Both the position numbers and the translations under genes were made by a program. Source: Eledone cirrhosa (taxonomy: Eukaryota). From it: DNA of 64,000 nt. Of this stretch, positions 40,036 through 50,406 are shown piece after piece. Under the pieces are notes generated by a model, which worked only from the letters and a program-made list of their open reading frames with translations, was not told the DNA's origin and ran no database searches. The stretch covers positions 91,946,001 through 92,010,000 of the forward strand of contig OZ024742.1 of assembly GCA_964016885.1 (NCBI GenBank). Direction: 5' to 3'. How positions within the stretch are numbered: position 1 is the stretch's first letter; each line of letters begins with the position of its first letter.

Positions 40036-40181
40036 TTGGTGTAGATTTGTTTACGTTCTAAATCAAATAACAGTCACACACACATACACACGCACACACA
40101 CACACATATATATATATGTGTGTGTGCGTGTGTATGTGTGTGACTGTCATATGATTTAGAACGTAAACAAATCTACACCAA
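40036..40181. repeat. Near-perfect ~146-bp palindrome centred on (TA)n
   Basis: TTGGTGTAGATTTGTTTACGTTCTAAATCA...TGATTTAGAACGTAAACAAATCTACACCAA. Confidence 0.9.
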
Positions 40182-40247
40182 TATATATATATATATATCA
40201 TGTGTGTGTACATATATGTATACACACACACACACAGACACACACAG

Positions 40248-40283
<36 letters not shown>

Positions 40284-40284
<1 letters not shown>

Positions 40285-40450
40285 ACGAAGGAATTGTGGT
40301 AAGGGACCAGATGGACCATAACGCACCAGAGTACTCAATACTTAGGGTAGTAGAGTGGGTAGTAGGAAAAAGTATGACCCCCGACGGCTATTTCTGGACA
40401 GAAATAGCCGTCGAAACGGCTTGAGCTCTGCCGTCGGGGTCATACTTTTT

Positions 40451-40453
<3 letters not shown>
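40284..40453 (+). mobile_element. Family D element with foldback end
   Basis: GGAAAAAGTATGACCCC.CGACGGC ... GCCGTCGGGGTCATACTTTTTCC with inner hairpin CGACGGCTATTTCTG/CAGAAATAGCCGTCG. Confidence 0.75.
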
Positions 40454-40486
<33 letters not shown>

Positions 40487-40531
40487 CTAAGGGGCCATGC
40501 AAGGATGGAAACATTGAGGAAAAATGCTAAT

Positions 40532-40579
<48 letters not shown>

Positions 40580-40615
40580 GATAAACGCACACATACGCAC
40601 GTACGCACTCACACA

Positions 40616-40807
<192 letters not shown>

Positions 40808-40808
40808 C

Positions 40809-40867
<59 letters not shown>

Positions 40868-40924
40868 TGCAATAATTTTACCGGAATTTACACTTGTGAG
40901 ATATATAAGAAATCAAATAAAATC

Positions 40925-40959
<35 letters not shown>

Positions 40960-40972
40960 CACTGATTATTTA

Positions 40973-41116
<144 letters not shown>

Positions 41117-41363
41117 TATATATAGACATACGTATATTCGTATCTGTGTTGAATGTCGACGGAACATGTCTGATATAAAGTGTTGCATCACATCTCCACG
41201 TCAACACACACTATGGTAACCGCGGGCGTGGACTCAATCATCTAAACACGAAGTAAATATTTATATGTTATATTTATGAAAAACACAAGTACAAGTCGCT
41301 AACTGCAACTAAGCAAAAGTAAAATATAAATTTGAAAACAAAAATTCATAAAAAATGATCAGT

Positions 41364-41423
<60 letters not shown>

Positions 41424-41594
41424 GAAAAGTATAGAAATTATTGCAGCAAGAAGCCAATATATATATATATATATATATATAAGTTGAAAAAAATGAAAAT
41501 GAAATTTCATTTCTCACTCTTAGTATGGCACTTACTTAAATGTAAGTATGTATGTATACGTACATACATATATGTATACAGACGTACAGTAGCA

Positions 41595-41636
<42 letters not shown>

Positions 41637-41787
41637 CACATATGCATACAGGTACACATACATATATGCACGCATCAGTTTAGCCGACGTTTATTATAAC
41701 GCCGGCCGCTTTGTTCGTTTGTTTGTCAACAAACCGAACAGTCTGAATTTATGCCATACGGTGTTAAGGCAACCACGTCACCTTTTT

Positions 41788-41874
41788 GTTCAACACTGAC
41801 ACAGGAACGATGTACTAGTTTCAAGCTTGTTAGCTATCATCAGCACCGTTTACCCATCTGCCAGATAGTTGAAC
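41788..41874 (-). ncRNA. Hammerhead ribozyme family A, array copy 1 (predicted cut after 41813)
   Basis: Reverse complement of 25022-25108; intact CUGAUGA/GAAA/GUA. Confidence 0.88.
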
Positions 41875-42084
41875 GTTCGAAAGTATATACTTTCCTTATG
41901 AAAATTAACGGCTGAGCAGCCTAATTTGCATATTGAGTGAGTTAAATCGGTCAGGCATACCGAAAACGATAAGTTGAAAAAAATGAAAACGAAATTTCAT
42001 TTCTCACTCTTAGTATGGCACTTACTTAAATGTAAGTATGTATGTATACGTACATACATATATGTATACAGACGTACAGTAGCA

Positions 42085-42120
<36 letters not shown>

Positions 42121-42259
42121 CACATATGCATACATATATGCACGCATCAGTTTAGCCGACGTTTATTATAACGCCGGCCGCTTTGTTCGTTTGTTTGTCA
42201 ACAAACCGAACAGCCTGAATTTATGCCATACGGTGTTAAAGCAACCACGTCACCTTTTT

Positions 42260-42346
42260 GTTCAACACTGACACAGGAACGATGTACTAGTTTCAAGCTT
42301 GTTAGCTATCATCAGCACCGTTTACCCATCTGCCAGATAGTTGAAC
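42260..42346 (-). ncRNA. Hammerhead ribozyme family A, array copy 2 (predicted cut after 42285)
   Basis: Intact core and stems. Confidence 0.88.
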
Positions 42347-42748
42347 GTTCGAAAGTATATACTTTCCTTATGAAAATTAACGGCTGAGCAGCCTAATTTG
42401 CATATTGAGTGAGTTAAATCGGTCAGGCATACCGAAAACGATAAGTTGAAAAAAATGAAAACGAAATTTCATTTCTCACTCTTAGTATGGCACTTACTTA
42501 AATGTAAGTATGTATGTATACGTACATACATATATGTATACAGACGTACAGTAGCATGCATATATATATATATATATATATATACATACACATATGCATA
42601 CAGGTACACATACATATATGCACGCATCAGTTTAGCCGACGTTTATTATAACGCCGGCCGCTTTGTTCGTTTGTTTGTCAACAAACCGAACAGCCTGAAT
42701 TTATGCCATACGGTGTTAAGGCAACCACGTCACCTTTTTTTTTTTTTT

Positions 42749-42835
42749 GTTCAACACAGACACAGGAACGATGTACTAGTTTCAAGCTTGTTAGCTATCA
42801 TCAGCACCGTTTACCCATCTGCCAGATAGTTGAAC
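42749..42835 (-). ncRNA. Hammerhead ribozyme family A, array copy 3 (predicted cut after 42774)
   Basis: Intact core; one distal stem I change (ACAGAC instead of ACTGAC on the plus strand). Confidence 0.87.
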
Positions 42836-43224
42836 GTTCGAAAGTATATACTTTCCTTATGAAAATTAACGGCTGAGAAGCCTAATTTGCATATTGAGTG
42901 AGTTAAATCGGTCAGGCATACCGAAAACGATAAGTTAAAAAAAATGAAAACGAAATTTCATTTCTCACTCTTAGTATGGCACTTACTGAAATGTAAGTAT
43001 GTATGTATACGTACATACATATATGTATACAGACGTACAGTAGCATGCATATATACATATATATATATACATACACATATGCATACAGGTACACATATAT
43101 ATATGCACGCATCAGTTTAGCCGACGTTTATTATAACGCCGGCCGCTTTGTTCGTTTGTTTGTCAACAAACCGAACAGCCTGAATTTATGCCATACGGTG
43201 TTAAGGCAACCACGTCACCTTTTT

Positions 43225-43311
43225 GTTCAACACAGACACAGGAACGATGTACTAGTTTCAAGCTTGTTAGCTATCATCAGCACCGTTTACCCATCTGCCA
43301 GATAGTTGAAC
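43225..43311 (-). ncRNA. Hammerhead ribozyme family A, array copy 4 (predicted cut after 43250)
   Basis: Intact core; same distal variant as copy 3. Confidence 0.87.
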
Positions 43312-43724
43312 GTTCGAAAGTATATACTTTCCTTATGAAAATTAACGGCTGAGCAGCCTAATTTGCATATTGAGTGAGTTAAATCGGTCAGGCATACCGA
43401 AAACGATAAGTTGAAAAAAATGAAAACGAAATTTCATTTCTCACTCTTAGTATGGCACTTACTTAAATGTAAGTATGTATGTATACGTACATACATATAT
43501 GTATACAGACGTACAGTAGCATGCATATATATATATATATATATATATACATACACATATGCATACAGGTACACATACATATATGCACGCATCAGTTTAG
43601 CCGACGTTTATTATAACGCCGGCCGCTTTGTTCGTTTGTTTGTCAACAAACCGAACAGCCTGAATTTATGCCATACGGTGTTAAGGCAACCACGTCACCT
43701 TTTTTTTTTTTTTTTTTTTTTTTT

Positions 43725-43811
43725 GTTCAACACTGACACAGGAACGATGTACTAGTTTCAAGCTTGTTAGCTACCATCAGCACCGTTTACCCATCGGCCA
43801 GATAGTTGAAC
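43725..43811 (-). ncRNA. Hammerhead ribozyme family A, array copy 5, core mutant CUGAUGG
   Basis: Plus strand CTACCATCAG (C at 43774) instead of CTATCATCAG, i.e. A9G. Confidence 0.8.
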
Positions 43812-44028
43812 GTTCGAAAGTATATACTTTCCTTATGAAAATTAACGGCTGAGCAGCCTAATTTGCATATTGAGTGAGTTAAATCGGTCAGGCATACATA
43901 TTCATCCACTAATATTTGCTGTTAGCCAGTGCTTGAGTTGTGAAATATTTACCGGTCAATTTCATGATGATGTTATTTGCTCATTTCTACTTCTGACGTC
44001 CTTGCTTTCTCTTCCTCTGAACTATCCC

Positions 44029-44222
44029 AAACCTGCCAACCTCTAAAAACCCAAACGGGTAGTACCATGAAAAAGGCTACCCCCAAGCGGGGAGAAATGA
44101 GGCAAAATGGGAAGATCTTACATAATGAAAGCTATACCTATTTTCACAAGAAAGACACATCTCTCACCCACCCCAAAGTGGGTGGGTGATCTCCCCGTCG
44201 GACGGGGAGAGTTGACAGGTCT
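44029..44222. mobile_element. MITE family with ACCTGCCAAC/GTTGACAGGT TIRs
   Basis: Homologous copies at 56176-56352 and (inverted) 58821-59081. Confidence 0.75.
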
Positions 44223-45408
44223 TAGAGAAAGGATATTTTCTCATTTCTTTGCAGTGAGTAGCAGGTCTTTGAAGTTGTTTTCGTGGCTTATGTGTTCCAT
44301 GATGTTTCTATAAATATCTCCACTTGAATGTCAATATTTTCTTCTGAAATTCCACTGTGAGTGTCCACGTCTCGCAAGCATATAATGAAATATGTGAAAT
44401 ACTAGAACACACGTGTGTTCCAGTTTAGCTTTCAGGCTGTTGTTCTTATTTCGTTATATTGATCATTCTTAAACTTACTTAATGCTGTTGATGCTTGAGC
44501 AGCTCTAGAGACGATTTCCCTAATATTTTTTTGAATTATTTTTCATTAGAAATAGGGCAATGTATGGGATAAACATCTCTACATACTGGCTAGCGATATT
44601 GCAAATGTTTTTAATAAAGATGATAGGATATAACACAGTTGCTTCGCAATTATAAAGTCTTGTGTTCGGTCCCACTGTTTAGTATCTTGGAGAATAATAG
44701 TCTTTGATTCAAGTCGACCCACCCTTTCGAGTGAAATTGGGTTGGCGGAAACTATTTGACAAAATCAGCCTTATAACACACACTGCATCACGGTGAAACT
44801 TCCTGTGAATTACGTTAGTGGTGCACGTGTCTGTATAATGCTCCCCCACGTAGGCGTTAATTTCATGACCAGGCGATTATTTTGCACGAACAACTGCAAC
44901 ACTCATCGTCGAAACCGACAGGGATCAGTTGCATTCCACAAGAACTGTAATAAAGTACTGGTGATACGATACATGTTGTTGATTCTATCACTAAGAAGTC
45001 TTATATCATATTGACCCACCTTGTAACAATTCTGGGGCGGTGGACGTAAGGAGTGGGCTGGTAGTTGGGAGTGATTAATAAGTTATCTGCTGGTTGATCA
45101 CATCCATCTTGAGACAGTCTTTATTGTTCGCAGTGATCGATATTTCTCACGTAATCTACAAGAAATTGATCAGCAGCGTAATATAAAGAGAGATGAAGAG
45201 AGAGAGAGAGCGAAGAAAGTGCAAGGGATGGTGGTATCTGGAGAAAAAATAAATCGCGAGTGAATGTGTAATAAAAGAGATTATTTTATATAATCGATTA
45301 ATGGTGGTGGCGGTGCAGCTTGGGGTAGATTTAATCGATTTCCCCCTCCCCTAAAATTGCTGGCCTTGTGCTTATAGTAGAAATTATTATTATTATTATT
45401 ATTATTAT

Positions 45409-45718
45409 TGGGCCTACTCTGACCATGCGCCTATAGGCTAGCTAACTTGAGGAGACGGGTGCTCTCCCTGGGTGCCCCAGAAGCGCAGGGTGGTTCAGGA
45501 TTGGTGGGGTACCTGAGTCACCCCTGGGTCGTCCACCCCTATAGGGGAATTTATTTTGTTATATTTATGCATAGTTTAATTTAAATTTGTATATCTTCAT
45601 TGTTGAATTAGTCTTGCCATTGAGCACTTTTACTCCTCGACCTTATTGTAAACCCCTCACTGTCCCTGTCTTTGTATTGTCCCCTACATATCGGCACATG
45701 TGGCTAATAAATGAAATC

Positions 45719-45720
<2 letters not shown>
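45409..45720 (+). mobile_element. 5'-truncated Tx1-type LINE 3' end within (ATT)n
   Basis: Begins GGGCCTACTCTGACCATGCGCCTATAG (GPTLTMRL*), homologous to the ORF2 end GPTLSMCL* at 53452-53478; AATAAA then (ATT)n; (ATT)n also upstream. Confidence 0.75.
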
Positions 45721-45774
<54 letters not shown>

Positions 45775-45851
45775 AATAAAGTACCAGTAATGCACTGGGT
45801 AATTGCTGGCTTTGTGCCTAACGTAGAAACAATTATTATTATTATTATTAT

Positions 45852-46266
45852 TCCTTGAATCTCAGTCATTGATGTTAGTTAACTGGAAAGTCCGCTGGAA
45901 TGAATATCAAGCCACTACCTGCAGCCTCAGATATTCAGGACGTATCGGAGGGTTCTTGCTGTTCCCAGCAAGCATGCCTTTTGAAGCGTTCCAAAAAGCG
46001 TGTAGGGGCCGACTTTTCTTTAACCATCCCTGGAAACTTTTGGAGATAGTCCCCAGTGCGCCTATGACAATCGGGATCACTTTGACTTCATGGCAGTTCC
46101 AAATCCTTTTTACCTCCCACTTTAAGTCCTGGTATCGGTTAATTTTCTCCCTCTCCTTCTCTTGCACTCTCGTGTCGATTGGGCAGGCCACATCCACAAT
46201 CAGACACGATCTTTTTTCTTTGTCCACAACCACCAGGTCAGGTCTATTGTGTTCCAGTTTCTTGTC

Positions 46267-46268
<2 letters not shown>
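45852..46268 (-). mobile_element. R4/Dong-like RLE LINE, short 5'-truncated copy with (AAT)n on both sides
   Basis: HNRPDLVVVD...IVDVACP...EKINRYQDL (PD-(D/E)xK-type RLE). Confidence 0.85.
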
Positions 46269-46315
<47 letters not shown>

Positions 46316-46347
46316 ATTATTATTATTATTATTGTTGTTGTTGTTAT

Positions 46348-47308
46348 TCTTTGAGTCTCAGTCATTGATGTTAGTTAACTGGAAAGTTTGTTGAAATGAA
46401 TATCAAGCCACTACCTGCAGCCTCAGATATTCAGGACGTATCGGAGGGTTCTTGCTGTTCCCAGCAAGCATGCCTTTTGAAGCGTTCCAAAAAGCGTGGC
46501 GGGGCCAATTTTCTTTAACCATCCCTGGAAACTTTTTGAGATAGTACCTAGTGTGCCTATGACTTCATGGCAGTTCCAAATCCTTTTTACCTCCCACTTT
46601 AAGTCCTGGTATCGGTTAATTTTCTCCCTCTCCTTCTCTTGCACTCTCGTGTCGAATGGGCAGGCCACATCCACAATCAGGCACGATATTTTTTCCCTGT
46701 CCAAAACCACCAGGTCAGGTCTATTGTGTTCCAGTTTCTTGTCTGTCTGTATCCTAAAATCACACAGCACCTTCACCTGATCGTTTTCTATCACCGACTC
46801 TGGCTTATGCTCATACCACTTCTCAGAATGTGGTAAATTGTTTACTTTGCATAGGTGCCAGTGGATCACCCTGCCCATGACTTCATGTCTCCAGCCCTTA
46901 TAGTGAGTCTGGGCTAGGTGTTTACACTCGGATACAATGTGAGCCACAGTCTCCTCTCTCTCTCCACAGGTCCTGCACAGTGGGCTAGCCTCCTCCTTGT
47001 AAATATGGTGTTTCAACCACTTCGTTTTGAGGGCCTGCTCTTGCGCAGCCATTAGCATTCCTTCTGTAGCCTTTTTAAGGTCTCCTCTTTTCAACCAATT
47101 CCATGTCTGTGGATCTCTGAATTCAGTTTTCACAAAGAAGGGATTTTTCATGAAGGTTTCTCTTTCTCCTTGTTGTTATTTCCTCCTTGGACATCTCCTG
47201 GTCTATTGTCCTCTCCTTTAGTACAATCCTGAGCATTGGCTCCTTACTATCAGTCACGTATTTGTGTAGGTTGTTTTTCTCCATCTGAACACAGTCTTCT
47301 ATGCTGAT
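46348..47308 (-). mobile_element. R4/Dong-like RLE LINE, longer 5'-truncated copy
   Basis: AAQEQAL, CRTC...ETVAHIVSEC (CCHC), RH, NRPDL, DVACP, EKINRY; (AAT)n flanks. Confidence 0.9.
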
Positions 47309-47309
47309 A

Positions 47310-47361
<52 letters not shown>

Positions 47362-47362
<1 letters not shown>

Positions 47363-47562
47363 GTGGTTCAGGATTGGTGGGGTACCTGAGTGAACCCTGG
47401 GTGGTTACCCCCCCCCCCCTATTGAGGAATTTTCCTTGTATTTTTATTGTTATTTTGTTATTGTTATTTATATTGTTTACACGTTGTATATGTAAACCCC
47501 CACTGTCCCTGTCTTTTGCATTGTCCCTTATATGTCAGCTCTTGTGGCCAATAAATGAAACA
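47362..47562 (+). mobile_element. Second 5'-truncated Tx1-type 3'UTR within (ATT)n
   Basis: GTGGTTCAGGATTGGTGGGGTACCTGAGT and TGTAAACCCC.CACTGTCCCTGTCTT shared with 45490-45720. Confidence 0.7.
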
Positions 47563-47589
47563 ATTATTATTATTATTATTATTATTACA

Positions 47590-47960
47590 GTTGCATTTAT
47601 CTTGCTTTATGTTCATACGAGTTATCACCAAGTCACAACCAGTGACCTCAAGAGACAACAAGGTCCGCCATGTTCAAGAAAGAACATACGTACTCACACA
47701 TGCATCTTTAGTGTTTAGACTTGTGATGTACTTATATTGACAGAATCTTCCTTAGTATATGGGAAGTTCCCATTAGTACTATCTTTTGTATTTCTCCTAT
47801 ACGCGGGTTTCCTGGGATTTGCGATAAGTAATCATTAGCCCCCTTAGGTATCATTCCCAGAGCGCCTACAACCACTGGTATTGTTTTAGTTCTCAATTTC
47901 CACATTTTTCCAATTTCTATCTCCAGGTCCTTATACTTGCTCAATTTTAAAAATGTTTTT
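47590..47960 (-). mobile_element. RLE LINE 3' fragment of a different R4/Dong-like subfamily
   Basis: KLSKYKDLEIEI..MW...IPVVVGALG...IQKIVLMGTSHILRKILS; (AAT)n flanks. Confidence 0.8.
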
Positions 47961-47961
47961 A

Positions 47962-48007
<46 letters not shown>

Positions 48008-48223
48008 GAATGTCATGTTTGACGGAGGCTCGGCTCTGTAAGGTATAGTAATTTTTAACCGCTATAACAATTGTAAATTATTTAAAACTTGAACCAAATT
48101 GTAGATAAAAACACCCTCCATCTCGTGAGAGGGGTCTTTCTGCCCGTTATTTGGCCCTTCGGGGTTAAATAACCGCTTATTGGTATTTTGTACCTAATAT
48201 TCATTTTAAACCGTAAAAAAAAC

Positions 48224-48618
48224 ATGGCTACAAAAAAGAATGTTCACAAATCACTCCCGCTCTTTCCGTCTTCTTCTTCCTCAATCGTCATTACATCAGA
48301 GAGAAGATTGTCTCTCTCCCTCCCTTCTCTAAATGTGGTGTGGCCTCTTTCGCAAGCCACGCCATTAAAGAAAAAGAAAAATATAGTTTCTGGTAGCTTT
48401 CACCAAGAGAACGTGCATACCGTGGAACATTTCTCCACGACGTCGACAACGACGAAAAATGTGTGCCGTAAATACGGAAAGCCATTTCATTCGTCTGACG
48501 TCATGAAGAATAGCAGCAGCAGCCGTAATAACAGCAGCAGCAGCAACAGTGACAATGAAAACACTAGTAGCAGCCGCAACAACATCAGCAGCATACACAA
48601 CAACAGCAGCAGCAGCAA

Positions 48619-48650
<32 letters not shown>

Positions 48651-50323
48651 ACAACCACAGCAACAGCGGCGGCGGCGGTCGTAGTACCAGCAGCAACAAC
48701 AAAAGTAACAGCAGCTCTGCCGACAACAACAACAAGAAAGAAAAACCAATCTCGTTTGCAGGTATCGCAAAGAACCTGGAAACCATCCTTATAGCAAATG
48801 AGGAACTACAGGAAGCAAAGAAGATGGTGACGAAAACCGGACACCGAACAATCTGCAAGGCAGCCGAAAATTTTTTAGAAACCCAACAGCACTGTACTGT
48901 CCGTACCGTACAGAAGCACAAAATCCCGTAGGGTTGAAAGAGCCACAGAGGCTAAAATACAAAAAGCCTTAGGGTCTGTGTGGCAGCGGAAAACGCATAT
49001 CACCCGAGGCAAGAAATATGCCACCGTGGACGCGCTTTTTGCCATACCCCAGGAGGCAAAGGCTCAACCCTTAGTGACCCTAAGGAGCGAGGAAATGGTG
49101 TTGGTGCCCTCCTACAGCGGGCAAAAAATGTTGAGGGTCAAACTGACCCACGCCCCCCCCCCCTCGGGATGGCCCCTTCTTGGCTGTCCGCGTCTCTCCT
49201 CGTCGGAATCGAGGACAAAACAACTGCACTGCAAGTACAGAAAAAAGTACGAGAAGATTGGGTAGGCACCTCCATTGAGATGTTAATTCAAACCAACCAG
49301 GAGTGCATCGAAGCTATCGCGGATGTGATAGACATCGATAACGGCACTCAACTTCCCTTAAGTGTTGAGGGCAAACGCCCGAAATGCTTTCGCTGTGGAT
49401 CGAAGACTCACCTCAGGGCCTTCTGCAATGAGAAGACCCTGAGAAAGGAGAAAACCCCCCTCCTACCGAAACCGACTCCACTGCTACCAGCAACAGGACA
49501 GGCGGCAAGCAGGAAGGATAGGTCCGTGGCACCCATACACACGTCACGGAAATCAAGAACAGCAGCAGTGGAAGTATTAACAACAACAACAACAGTAATA
49601 CTAACTGCAGCTGCAACAGAGACTCCACTGCAACCATCACCAACAAGAACAAGGGAAAGAGTGGAGCTGGTACCCCTTCCCGACCTCACAGAATCGGACA
49701 TGGAGTGTGAGGTGGGAGAGGGATGGCAAAAGGTCGCAAGAAGGCACAAACGCAGAAGCAGCGCATCGTCGGCTTCGAAATGCGAGGGAAGAAATGAAAA
49801 AAGGGTAAAGGCTACTGCAAAGAGACTTACAGCAGCAACACCACCAACACCATCACCACCCACACTAGAACCACCATCACCACCAGCGGCAACCCTACCG
49901 CCAACAACAACAACAACTTCAACACCACCACCACAAGCACCAACATCGCAAACACATCAACAAAACACACACACCCAGCAACAACGACAAGAAAATACCA
50001 GAACCACACCCCACCCCCAGGAAAACAAATGCACAGCAATAAATACACACAACAAGAAACTAATGACTTACATAATTGAACACAAAGACATTTCACAGCA
50101 CGACTACATAATACCAGCACCAATCAAAACACCAACCAACATAAGACTGGTAGGAATAGCACAGAAACAATACACAAATATTAAAACGAAATTCCCCAAC
50201 GCAGTTGGTGATTTTAGAGACCAAGGAGGGACACTCAACCGGAGGGTATATTCGGATATACTCACAGAAGAGCCGACGACCAGCCGAAGGGACGATTCAA
50301 CGGTCTCTTCACCAGACGATTAA
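48224..50323 (+). pseudogene. LINE ORF1 with CCHC knuckle, disrupted
   Basis: CFRCGSKTHLRAFC; Ser/Asn-rich N-terminus, Pro/Thr-rich C-terminus; frameshifts. Confidence 0.82.
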
Positions 50324-50406
50324 TTGAAAAGGGATGGAGAAGCCATCCTTCCTCTACGAGAAGTAAGGTAAGTGGTCTTTCCCATCTTTTCCACTCCGAT
50401 TTCAAC

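Larger units (their letters stand above)
41481..43896 (-). mobile_element. Head-to-tail array of 5 non-coding units (periods 472/489/476/500 bp), each with a hammerhead: candidate non-LTR retrozyme
   Basis: Units are near-identical apart from (TA)n and poly(T) length; no credible ORF; a hammerhead lies on the minus strand of each unit. Confidence 0.85.

Noticed and set aside
41481-43896. Repeated ORFs ([21 protein letters not shown]...) as a tandem gene family, or the array as CRISPR
   Set aside because: Frames shift with (TA)n length between units and translate microsatellite; whole units repeat with no unique spacers; no cas genes; eukaryotic context.
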